A stretch of DNA of 64,000 nucleotides from Monocercomonoides exilis PA203 (lineage: Eukaryota > Protista > Preaxostyla). Shown in pieces: positions 40,060 through 51,900 of the stretch. The notes under the pieces are model-generated. The model was not told where the DNA came from, did no database searches, and saw only the letters and a list, made by a program, of their open reading frames with translations. The position numbers were made by a program, and so were the translations under genes. Location: NCBI GenBank assembly GCA_001643675.2, contig LSRY02000039.1:186001-250000 (forward strand), written 5' to 3'. The stretch's first letter is position 1. Each line of letters starts with the position of its first letter.

Positions 40060-40660
40060 TTACTTCAATGGAATAAAACGACTGGAGTGTGTGGCACCAA
40101 TACCTGGACGACCATGGGTTGACACCTTGTATGTGATGGCAAATTCACCAAGATAATGTCCAATCATCTCAGACTAGGTTAAAGGAATTGATAGTTAAAA
40201 ATTGAAAAGCATTCACAAAACAAAATCTTACCTTAATTTCCACAACATTGTAAGCTTTTCCGTTGTGAACACCAATCATGCTTCCGACCATTTCAGGAAG
40301 AACAACCATGTTTCTGTAGTGAGTTTTGACTGTGGCGGGCTTTTCACCAGCTTGGCAGTTGCGTTTCTTTCAAAAAAAATAGAATTATAAAAAAGCAAAA
40401 TTTAAGTTATAAGTATTTTATGAGAAGATGAAATCTTTCATTCATACTGCCTTTCTCAATTTTTTTAAGAATGTTTGCTGTCTTTTCCAAATTCCTGTGC
40501 GGAACTTGCGACGAAGGCGAGCTGGGAAAAGACGAAACAGTTCTTGTTCCTTCAAGTCAAGAAGTTTCTGAAGCTCAACCCCACGATAGGTGAACTTTTT
40601 CAAGCCCCTTTTACGCTCTTCATGTTTTGAAAGATTGATTTCTCCAGCGTCTTTTGGCAT
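40060..40660 (-). CDS. RPS15: 40S ribosomal protein S15 (uS19), 3 exons
   Basis: [16 protein letters not shown]...PARLRRKF | [37 protein letters not shown]...EIK | [34 protein letters not shown]. Confidence 0.97.
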
Positions 40661-40918
40661 TTTTTGATACTGATCGTAACTGTTAAATTGCGGATTTACG
40701 AGTAATTTAGTATAAGGGTTTGATCAATATATTTTTATTTTTTAAAAATTTGAAAACATTAAAAAAAATACAACTCTAAGAAGATTGAAGTGCAAGCTTC
40801 TTTAATTGATGCTCATTGCAAAAAAATAATTTTGAACAAAATATGAAATAAAGATAACACAAATACAAAGTTCATTGGAGAAAGAAATAAAGAATTCTCA
40901 CGAAATGAACAAGAGACA

Positions 40919-42068
40919 TTAGCATCCACAAAGTCCTCCTTGTCCTCCATCATTAGTATCATTTTTTTGAGCAGAAGGATCTACAACTTGGGGAGAAGAA
41001 GAAGAAGATGTTGATGAAGATTCCGATCCAACCTGAGTCGAAGATTTTGCAGGACGATATATCCTGCAACGTTCTGCAAGGGTCGGTTGATCGAATATCT
41101 TTTGATTAAAGAAAACTTTTTAAACAATAAAATTCGAACTTGGCAAACCTTCTCTATTGTTTCCATAAATGCTTGCTCCACCCCAGTTGTTTCCTTTGCT
41201 GAAGCCTCAATAAAAAGCATTCCTCTTTTTCTTGCAAAATCTTTTCCTTCTTCCAACGATATTTGTCTCTGATGTTAAGCAACCAATGTTTTATTCGAAA
41301 TAAAAAATGTTTCAAAAAGGTGAATATACAAACAAAAATTCCAAATAAATAGAAAAATTGGTCGAAAAATAAATGTTGAAAAAAAATTAAATATAACACA
41401 CATCTGGAAGATCTGCTTTATTTCCAACAAGCATTGTCACAGAGTCTGTCTCGCCAATGTGTTCTCGTGCTTCTTTAAGCCATCTATCTAAATTCTCAAA
41501 TGTCAAACGTTTTGTAACATCATACACAAGGATAATCCCGGTTGCACCTCGGTAATAAGAACTTGTAAGAGTTCGATATCGTTCTTGTCCAGCTGTATCC
41601 CAGATTGTAATTCGTACCATCTTTTCTCGGAATGTTATATCTTTTGCTTGAAAATCCACTCCGATTGTTGCAGGCTGGTTAGGATCAAATGTATCTTCAG
41701 TAAATCGAAGAAGGAGAGAACTTTTTCCAACTTGACCTTAAAAGGCCATGTAAAGTTTCAAAAAGAGCATGGATGGATAAATATGAAATATTTGTCACGG
41801 GGTAAAATTATCAAGAGAAAGCAAAAAGAAAAAAATTTCAAATGATATTTAAAAAGTTAACATCATATTAAAAATGATAAATTAACTCAAACTTTCACCG
41901 ATTACAACAATTTTAACTTGGTAATCACACTAATTATAAATATTAACAATCATTGGTGTTCAAATGAAGAAAATTCACGAAAATGGAGGGATAGTTAGAA
42001 TAGAATAAATTACATAAATGTGAACAACAATTCTTTTTCCAAATAAGATAGCAAGCCTCTTCGTCCAT
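40919..42068 (-). CDS. RAB18: Rab GTPase, Rab18-like; 5 exons (42068-42057, 41929-41893, 41736-41402, 41268-41149, ~41098-40919)
   Basis: MDEE|CDYQVKIVVIGE|SQVGKSSLLLRFTEDTFDP..ATIGVDF..WDTAGQERYRTLTSSYYRGA..LVGNKAD..FARKRGMLFIEASAK, with a C-terminal CGC prenylation motif. GES.VGKSSLLLRF, RTLT.SYYRGA and MLFIEASAK are Rab18 hallmarks. Confidence 0.9.
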
Positions 42069-42235
42069 TTTTATAATTTAGTTACCCATAACTCATTTTT
42101 TGAATCTTTCATTTTTATCAATATTTTTTTTAATAATAATATATTTAATTATAACAAAAAATATGTAAAAATTTTAATTTCATATGGTGTTTAAAAACAC
42201 AATTTGAAATGAAAACGTAAAATATTATAAAAAAT

Positions 42236-42646
42236 TTAGGCTCTTTCTGCCCTAATTCTTCTTGCCAGTTGCATATCTTTTGGCATGATTGTAACACGTT
42301 TTGCATGAATGGCGCACAAGTTAGTATCTTCAAACAATCCAACGAGATAAGCTTCGCATGCTTCCTGAAGAGCTGCAACTGCTGAGCTTTGGAATCTCAA
42401 ATCAGTTTTGTATTCTTGTGCAATTTCACGAACAAGACGTTGGAATGGAAGCTTTCTAATCAAAAGTTCAGTGCTCTTCTGATACTTTCTGATTTCACGA
42501 AGTGCCACGGTACCTGGACGGAAACGATGGGGCTTCTTCACACCACCAGCTGCAGCTGCTGTTTTACGTGCTGCTTTTGAAGCGAGCTGTTTGCGTGGAG
42601 CTTTTACACCAATTTGCTTACGAGAAACTTGCTTTGTTCTAACCAT
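42236..42646 (-). CDS. H3: Histone H3 (variant with divergent N-terminal tail), intronless
   Basis: The histone fold is near-canonical ([40 protein letters not shown]...[23 protein letters not shown]). Confidence 0.98.
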   Translation of the reverse strand: MVRTKQVSRKQIGVKAPRKQLASKAARKTAAAAGGVKKPHRFRPGTVALREIRKYQKSTELLIRKLPFQRLVREIAQEYKTDLRFQSSAVAALQEACEAYLVGLFEDTNLCAIHAKRVTIMPKDMQLARRIRAERA

Positions 42647-43855
42647 GATTAAATTTATAAAAATATACTTTTATTTAATAAATTAATTAATAAAGAATTT
42701 CATTCTCGTTATATATTCGAGGTTGGATGAAAAGATCATTTTGTACGCAAATTTGATCAGCAAAAGAATATGGATTAAATAAGGTTATGATCTAATTTTG
42801 AACTTTTCTCAAGCATTATTAAAATGCTCGCTATGATAAAATTTGTACATTTTAATGTTAAACATTGTAATAATACGGTTTGATGAAATGACATGATTGT
42901 TAGAGAAGAGATTTTCTTTTATTCCATTTCGCTTCTTTTGAGAAAAATTATCGCAATACGTTTTGGTAAATTTTGTTTAACATCTTGTAGCTCTCTGTGA
43001 AAATGATTCATCACATTTATCACTTTGAATAAAATTTATTTTCAAACATCAAATGGATATTTAATTTTTTTCAAACCTTCTTTTTTTCTTTCCAACCTCC
43101 TGTTCTGTTTCCGAAGAATCATGATAGTTTCGCCTAAAACGCATTTGATCAATGGGTTGACGTTGATTTGCATTTTGCACAGACACTTGAGCAGGACTTG
43201 ATTTACACATAACTTTTGCTTCCTTTGTAAATAAATAAACAAAATTGCCAGATTGAATCAAAAAATTATTCAACCTTTGGAGCAAAGAAGTCCATAAGAT
43301 TAACTTTTTGTGAACATTGACAGTTTTCGGAATAACTTGACACAAGTTTAATAAATGAAGAAAATATTAAAACAGCACTATATATGCATATGATTCCTTT
43401 CATAATATAATAAGATTTAAGAAAAAAGCTACGAGCTGTTTTTTATTTCGATCATTTACAGCAAAAATGAACAGTTAAAAAAAAATTTTTTTGTTAAATA
43501 AATATTACTTCTATCCGATCTTACACATATTTACATGAAATGAAAAAATAAATGAATTAAACAAAAAAATATTTAATGAAAAGCAAAATAAAACAAAAAA
43601 CAAATAATAGACAACATCTTCGTGTGTCCGACTATAATTCAACGAAAGAGAATTAAGAATCTCTACAAATTAATATTGTTTATTGATGAAAAATTGAAGA
43701 ATAAGGATGTTATAGACATAAAATTAAAAATCCAAAACAACATTATACAGAAATAATGTGATGATTTAATGAAATGAGAAGTGTTTTTAATAAATGTACT
43801 TTTTTTTTTTAACAAAAAAATACAAAGTACAAGAAATGACTAACCTATACACATA

Positions 43856-46800
43856 TCATCTCCTCAAAGATAAATAAAGAACGAGGATAAGAAATAGAAC
43901 CGCAACAATAGCCACAATGCCCACAATGCCCCAGAAAATAATCCTCTTCCGATACGCCCTGTACGTGAACTTCGCCATTTTGTGCACGGCCCAAGGCGGA
44001 AACGACGTTTCGGGTCTTTCCGGCGGGGGCAGGAATGGATCCTGATTCGGAGTATTCTGCCCTTTTCCCGATGGTGTCGCCTTGGCGTATTTCTCCGAAA
44101 CCACATCCAGTGACATCTCCACCTGGCCCTGTGGCCCCGAATACATCGGATGGGTCATCACGAGCCACTGCTTTCTGATTGTTTGGTTCTGCTTCGTTCT
44201 GTACGCTGCTTTAAACACACCGCCCAGATGCAAAACAGCCTCTGCAATCGAGTCGTTTGCAGACAGCATGTTCTTGTCCCATATTTGCAGTTTCAGCCGC
44301 GGCACGTGGCAGGGCAGCGTTAAGGGAAACACGAATCTCCAGTTGAAGTTGCCTATGCCATTCGTAGAGCGCCAATGAACATCTGTCTCCTGCTGGTCCT
44401 TTGTCAGCTCCATCTTTCCTGTGAGGAAGATGTCTGACTTGTCCTGGTTCATGAAATCGTTCGAACACGAGCACATCTCCTGGCAGAAGCTCTTCTTTTG
44501 CGACTTCTTCAGCTGTGAGTCATCTTCAATCCCTGCCTCCATCTCTGCCATCTTCTTCAGCGGGGAGCCAGACTTGATGTCCTTGAACACCACGTCCTTC
44601 GTGTTCCAGATAACCACACGCAGCTCCCACCCTTCAATGGAAGGCGCCTGGATCGGCTTCGGCGGGTTCAGTCGCGCCTCTTCAGGTGTCATAATCTCCA
44701 GCCACATCTCAATCTTCCCTTGAGGAAACGACGAGGCAGGTGACCACAGCGTCCGCCACTCAATCGGCTTCTCCTTCCAACTCCTCCACTCTTCGCTCAG
44801 CAGCCTCGTCTCCAGGTCGATTGTTGTCCGCCCCATCAGCTCGTCTGAGCCCACCAGATTCGCGTCCCACACCTCAATAGCCAGCTCTGAATTGCCTGGA
44901 ATTGTCGCGGGGATCTCGTAGCACTTGTAGAAATCTGGCTTCAGCGTCTTGGATTTCTTGTTTTTCTTGTCGATGATAATATTCTCCTTCGCTGTGCCAT
45001 TCGACAGCTTCAAATACGGTGTTGCTTTTCCTGACGATGACACAGGCACCATCTGCCTCCCCCTCAGAATATACGCCCGCACCACAAACGGCCGCGGCTC
45101 GTACTTTTTCCTCAAAGCAGCTTGTGCCACCTCCTTTGCAACGAGCTGTGCATCTTCTGCCTGAAACACACTCAAATTCCCCTTTATCTTCCCCACGCAC
45201 GTGCGTGTCCCCATCGGTCGCGACTTGTCTGCGAAGAAGCGGCTGAACGTCGAAAGCCCAAACTTCTGCCCGCGCCACAGCGGAAACTCGTCAAAAGGCG
45301 GGTTTTTCAGCTCAAACTCAAGTTCCCACTGGAATTTGGGGGTGTCTTTCTCTTTCTCGGCCTCTGGGTCTGATCCATGGATTTTGGTGTCGGGGACATC
45401 GGGCATTGTGCGGACACCTGAGAGAAGGGGAGAAAAAAGGGGGAAAGGAGAAAAAGGAGAGGATGATAGAGAAATTAATAAAAGAAACATTATGTTTTGT
45501 AATTGTGAGAATAAACGAAAATAAATTATTAAAAAATGAACAATAAGAAACATAAATACATAAAATAAATATAATTCTATTACATATTTAAAAACTAAAC
45601 ATACCACCACCAGCTTTTGAGTCACTCTCATCTTCATCAACTGGCTCTCCCGTCGACATCTCCAGCCTCTCCCCGACTTTCTCATTCGCGTCTTTCACAT
45701 CCTCCGGAATCAGATCAAACATCCTCTGCCTCTCTGCCTTGATCCGCTCTGCCTCTTCCTTCGCCCTCTGCTCCTCCGGTGTCAGCTCAGGAACTGATTC
45801 AGCAGCAAGATCTGGATCCTCTTCTGCCCCTGGGATGCTCTCTGCTTTCTCTGGCAGATTGTTCTGCGGCTTCTCATCATTTGTCCAGGGGATATACGGT
45901 GCCAATGGGATTGACGTGGTGCCCAGCAACCGTGTTGTCATCCCACTGTCCAGCACACGCGCATTGAGGGTAGGTGCATACAACTGGTTGAGCGGCAGAT
46001 CCAGCTTGAAATGCAGCACTTCGAGAATATTCGGTGAAGTTGCTGTGGGCTCCGCAGACGGTGTGGTCTTCTTGAATGTCCTGTAGTCCCCGCAGTTGAT
46101 CTGAATGTACGGCTTGTTCACTGACTGCAGCCGCTTCGGCACCAGCCCTCGCAATCCAATGCACTGAAACTCCACCACACACGGGCGCATGGGAGGTCGG
46201 ATAGAAGGAACTGGCTCTCTTGCTGCCTCCATAATGGGCAGCAGCTGGAAAGAGGCTAAAAGCGAGCCTTCTTTCTCGTCTGTGTCTCCCACATACAGCT
46301 CGTGCCAGCGCGGCTCGTTCGCCACGTGGCGTGTCATCTGATTGAACGGCACTTCAACTCTGCCGATGAGCGTGTTCTTAGAGACGCTGTTGTGGTCGTA
46401 GATACTCACAATCAGCGGCGGTGCAAGGAGCGGGTCTTCAGGCAGAGATACATTCAGGCAGAGCGTCTGGTACCACACGGGATACAGCGACTTCTGCACC
46501 ACCCGTGTCTTCGCTTGCCTTCCCCCGTACGTCACCAGCACAAACGGGTCACTTGTGCCCGTCGCATCTGCCGCCGGCAGCTCCTTCGCCTGGTAGAGAT
46601 GCGCTCTTACTTGGAAGGGGATCTTCTTCGGCGCCAGCATCTCGTGCCGCTTCGGGCGTGTGGGTGTGCCATCCGGGTTCTTCTGATCCAGCCCAAAACA
46701 CAGGCGCATCAGCAGAAACCCGCTCACCTCACCCTCAGTGTACACAGAGCTCGTCTTGTCAGGCACGATCGTGTGCCACTCAGGCTGCCTGGCAAAGCCA

Positions 46801-48546
46801 GCGATGTCTTCCACACGCAGTCGGATGTAGCCCACACGTGATGCGCCCATGATGGTGCTGACAGACTCCACATCCACAATCACATCCGGCACCTGCGCCA
46901 GGTCCTTCGGCCACTCCATCTCTTTCTCCTCGAACTGCTGGTAGTACTCCACTTTCCCTGCCTCCATCTCGGCTTTCTTCGACTTCAGCTCGTGATGCCC
47001 CATCTTCACACTCACCCGCACTTTGTCCAGCGTCTTCACGGGCACCTCTGTCGCCATGAACAGATCCGCCCACAAAACATACTTGGCTGTCTCTGGCTCT
47101 TCACAGGGGGCAATCTGATCGCTGCCCAGCTTCGGCTCGTCTGTCTGCTCGGCCAGCAGCGTGAGGAGCACCCGCCCTTTGTAGCACGACGTGGGCATGT
47201 CGCCGTTCTTGATGCGCGCAATCATCGAGACCAGCTTGGAGATCTGGGCGCGGTCTCGCATGGATATCGGGTAGGCGCCGTATCTGAGAGGATGTGATGG
47301 TTATTATTGTTATTGTTGTTATTATTATTATTGGAATGTGATTGATGATTGGGGACAAGTGATGTGATGATGATGATGATGGAAGTCAATAATGTTAATG
47401 TTGAGTTAAAAGGAGAAAGAATAAGAAAAAAATAAGATTATCAAAAAGATAATGATAATTAATAACGCAAAATGTTTAAAAAAAGTACACACAAATTCAC
47501 CCAAGCAGGGCCAAAGTGGTCTGTGAGGATGGACGACCAGCGGAAGTTCATTGTGGCGATCGGCTCATCGTCCCCAACTTTGTCGTAGTCGACAACACGC
47601 ACAGCTATTCTGTCGCTCATCGTAGGCACATACACAGGAAGGCGAAGCTCTGTGTTCCAGATTGGATCAAAATTCTCCTTCTTGTAGTCCGTCTTCATCG
47701 ACTCCGAGGCAAATTGCGCCAAAACGTAGGCATCCGTCTTTCCAACTTAAAAAAAATAGAATTTGGAAATTATTGATGAAAAATTCATGAAAAAAATTCG
47801 AAAAAAAAATATACAAGTATCAGTCTTTGGAAGTTTTTCCGCTCTATATGCTCTCACCTTCAATTCATATCCAATTCTTTCAATTTGAGGAGGAAGAAGA
47901 ACCATTTTTTGTAAGTCTTCACCTTCCACCTCTTCGTCATCATCATCATCCTCGTGATTTGCAGGAACATCTCCTGGTCCCAAAACAACAATTGAGCAAC
48001 GAAGGTAGCCTTGAAGCTCAGAACCAAGATCGGCATTGTATAAGCCAACCCACTTTCGATACAGCTCATGGTCATCTTCTCCATAGACGCGTGTCTGTAA
48101 AACAATAATATTTGTTGAAAATTTTTATTAATGGAAAAATGATACCATATCGAATTCAAATGAGCCAATAAGTTCATTTCGAGTAAAAGTGTTTGCGTTG
48201 TACACTTGGAATTGTATCTTACCATCCAAAAATTCATCTTTTGTTATCTTGAGATTAAAGAAAAACATTTGCTCCCAGTAAGGAGAAAGTGTTTTCTTTT
48301 CAATGGTTGTGTGTTGCGATTGACCGCAACAACGGACATAACAAACGGGATCGGACATTGAATTTTTATTTCTACAAAAATCGATAAAAAGCAAGATTTT
48401 CAGTTTGCAAAATAAAAATAAAAAATTAGAAGTTCAAACTTTCCTTTAAGATCTCTGCATTCAATTACACATACTCTAACAGAAAATTGCTGAATTCCAC
48501 CAGGTCCTGCCTTGGCAGAAGACTCAGCTCTTTCTAAGGCATCCAT
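43856..48546 (-). CDS. Ferlin-family multi-C2-domain tail-anchored membrane protein, about 6 exons, roughly 1350-1400 aa
   Basis: Tandem C2 domains (SDPVCYV..YWEQMFFF; HELYRKWVGL..QGYLRCSIVVLGPGD; YKGRVLL; AHLYQAKELPAADATGTSDPFV; VRAYILRG..IDLETR; ELRVVIWNT..ETDVHWRS..GNFNWRFVF), then G..PNQDPFLPPPERPETSF and a single C-terminal TM helix. Confidence 0.93.
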
Positions 48547-48995
48547 TTTTAAAAATGGGTTAAATAAAAATATCTTCAGAACAGTTTCTTGTTGCACAAA
48601 AATAAATAAGCATTTGACTCCATATTTCCCCGAGACAAAGAAGATTTTCCCATATTCCAGATGAGTTTTTCATGTTGGATCAAAGGAAAAGCTCCGTATC
48701 TTCCCAAATGCACTGCATTTCTGAACATTACACAAAGGGCTTAGCAAACAATTATTCCTCTTCAATATATGCGTCTTACAATCATTTGCAAACATACAAT
48801 GGTTTTTTATCGCATTTATTAATATTCTCTTTTTGTTCAATATCATTAATCATGTGAATTACATCATCTTGCAACACATATGATTTAGTTAAAAACAGCA
48901 AACCAAAGGAAAAAGATGAAGATGAGTTCAAAATCATTAGTATGCAAATACTTTCACTTTACAATTAGTCATCTTTTGCTTTAGAAGCAAATTTA
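48547..48995. promoter_or_regulatory. Putative bidirectional promoter between ferlin and the GSK3-like kinase
   Basis: About 450 bp between divergent ATGs. Inferred from gene arrangement only. Confidence 0.35.
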
Positions 48996-51900
48996 ATGGA
49001 TGGGACCTCCTTGATGACAACTGAAAACGCAAAACATGAATACTATATTTTAAAAGAGTTAGGAAAAGGAAGTTTCGGGTCTGTATTTTTGGCAAAAGAT
49101 TCAATAACAAAAGAATATATTGCCGTGAAACAAGTCCGCCATGATCCTCGATACAAAGTATCCATGTCATTTTTTGTAGTAATTGATTTATCTTTTTTTG
49201 CTCATAATTGTTTTTTTCAGAACAGGGAATTATCAGTGCTCGCTCGAATAAATCATCCTAATTGTGTTAAACTACTATTTGATTTTTTTTCAAAGGATGA
49301 AATAGTGTGCTCAAGCATTAACTTTTTATACTCAAGGATTATTTTATAACAGACCGGAGAGACATTCATAAACATTGGGATGGATTATGTTCCTCACCCT
49401 CTAAATGCTTTGATTCGTTATTATTCCAAGCATAAGCTAACAATTCCCACATTTTATAGTCGAGTGTTTGCCTTTCAACTATGCCGTGCAGTTGCATATC
49501 TGCACGGGTTGGGCATATGCCATCGCGACCTGAAGCCTCGTTTGTGCTTTGTTATTTTATAAATTATTTTTCCTATAAAATCTACATTTTTTCAAAATGA
49601 ATATCATTTCTGTACTTTTAACCTATCTCCCTAACATTGAATAACGGAAATGCAGAAAATATCCTCGTTGACTCTAAGACAGCTGTGCTGAAGCTATGTG
49701 ATTTTGGAAGGTTTGATATTCATCTCTCTTTATTGCTTTCATTTTTAAACTAACTTTTGCATTCTTTTAATTCATACATTTTATTTCTTTTGTAGCGCCA
49801 AGCCGATTTTACCGTCAGAGACAAGCATTTCATACACTTGCAGCAGATATTACAGAGCGCCCGAACTCATTCTTGGCTCATCGTCTTATGACAAAACAAT
49901 TGGTTTGATTCAAAGAGATAAATAAACTTGAAATTGTGCTTATAAATAATTTTTTCCCCTGCTTATTTCGATAATATTGTAATTCTTCTTATTTTTCTTT
50001 ATATCTTTCATTTTTCCTCCTTCATTTTCCAACTTTCACAATATTTCTCTTTCTTTCTCTCAAATTTCATTCATTTCCATTCCCACCTACTCTTTCTCAT
50101 TCTTCATTCAGATTTGTGGTCTCTCGGCTGCATCGTTGGTGAGATGCTGCTTGGCCGGCCACTGTTTGCCGGCAAAAACAGCTTCGACCAGCTAGCCGAA
50201 ATAGTTGCACTGATGGGTTTTCCGACAGGCGAGGAGCTGAGAGAAATGAAAGTAGAAATGCCACAGAGGATAGGAGCGCCGTTTGAAGGAAGCGAATGGA
50301 TGGGAGAGAAGAGTGAAGAAGAGACAGAAAACGAGAAGGAGAAGGAGAAGGAGAAGGAAGAAGATGAAAAGATGAATGAGAACAGATACAATGAGCAGCA
50401 TTGTTTGGCTGAAGTTTCAGCTAATGCTTCATCATCATCTTCTTCTTCTTCCTCTTCCTCTTCTTCCTCTTACAAACCCGAACATCAACATCCATCCCCT
50501 TCCTCTCTCCGCCCAGGTTTTTACTCAACAGCCACACTTGCCCGTCTGTCTCCTCTTCAGTTGAGCATACAGAAGACAAACATTTCCAATAGAGACACGA
50601 AAAAAGAACATCCATTACAGAGCAAGCCAACAGCTGCTTCTATTGCCAATCCTTCTTCTTCATCTTCCTCCTCCTCTTCCTCCTCTTCTTCTTCTTCAAC
50701 AGCAGCCGCTTCTGAAGAACTCTCCAAGTCCAAACATTCCCATTCCCATTCATCATTAACTTCTTCCTCTTCCTCTTCCTCTTCCTTCCCTCCTCTTCCT
50801 CCTTCTCTTTCCTCTGAAGACTCTGTCTTCCTGTGCCCTCAGCTTCCTCTCTCAAAAGTATTCCACCCGAAAACTGATCCAGACGCCATCTGCTTCATCC
50901 ACCGCCTCCTCTGCTTCTCGCCCAGCCGCCGCATAACAGCACTAAAAGCACTTTTTCACCCGTTTTTCACACCTCTGTATGAAATGCTGCCTTCAGAGCA
51001 GATTTTGGTACTGGAGAAGCAGATGGAGAAGGAGAAGGAGGAAAAGGAAAAGGAAAGACAAGAGAAGATGCAGAATAAGAATGATTTCTTGACAAAAAGT
51101 GCAGCTGATGAGATTGAGCAATTGTCAGATATTTCTCATTCATCTTCTTCATCTTCCTCTTCCAAGTCCTCATACACCATCCCTCCGCTCCTCCCCTTCA
51201 CTGCCGAAGAGCTCTCTCTCAACCCCCCTGGCTATTCTGCTCTGATTGAGCACATCTGCAGCTGTGTTAGAGAAAAACAAAAGAGACAAAAAATTTCACT
51301 ACAGCATCATGTGCAATTAAAAGAACAAACAAAAGAACAAGCACAAGCTCAAACACAATCACAAACGCAAGCACAAGCACAAGTACAATCACACACTGAA
51401 TCACAGGAACAAGTACAAGAACGAACACAAGGACAAACAGAAACAGAAACACAGTCTCAGCCGAATTTACAATCGCAATCACAATCACAGATACAGCCAC
51501 AACCTCATTCTCATTCTCATCCTCATTCTCATTCACAGCCAAATCTTCAGCCAAATCTGCAGCATCAACATCAGCTTCAGCTTCAGCTTCAGCTTCAACA
51601 CCAATCTCATTCTGACAATCTGTTGCAGCAAGCACAACGACAACGGGAAGAACAGCAGCAGAAGATGGACATGACAAATGATCAGGAAGAAAAGGGAAAG
51701 ATGAGTTCGAATACAAATACAAATATGAATGCAAATACAAATATTGGCACGAATTTGAACATAAACATGAACACAAACACGGACACGAAAACAATTATAA
51801 ATTCAGATATGGATGCTGATTCGAATACAAATGCGAATGTGAATGCGAATATGAACATAAAAATGGATGTGAAAACGGACGTGAACCAAAAAACGCAGCA

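Noticed and set aside
42236-42646. Centromeric H3 (CenH3)
   Set aside because: Tail length, loop 1 and the histone fold are canonical H3-like, not CenH3-like.
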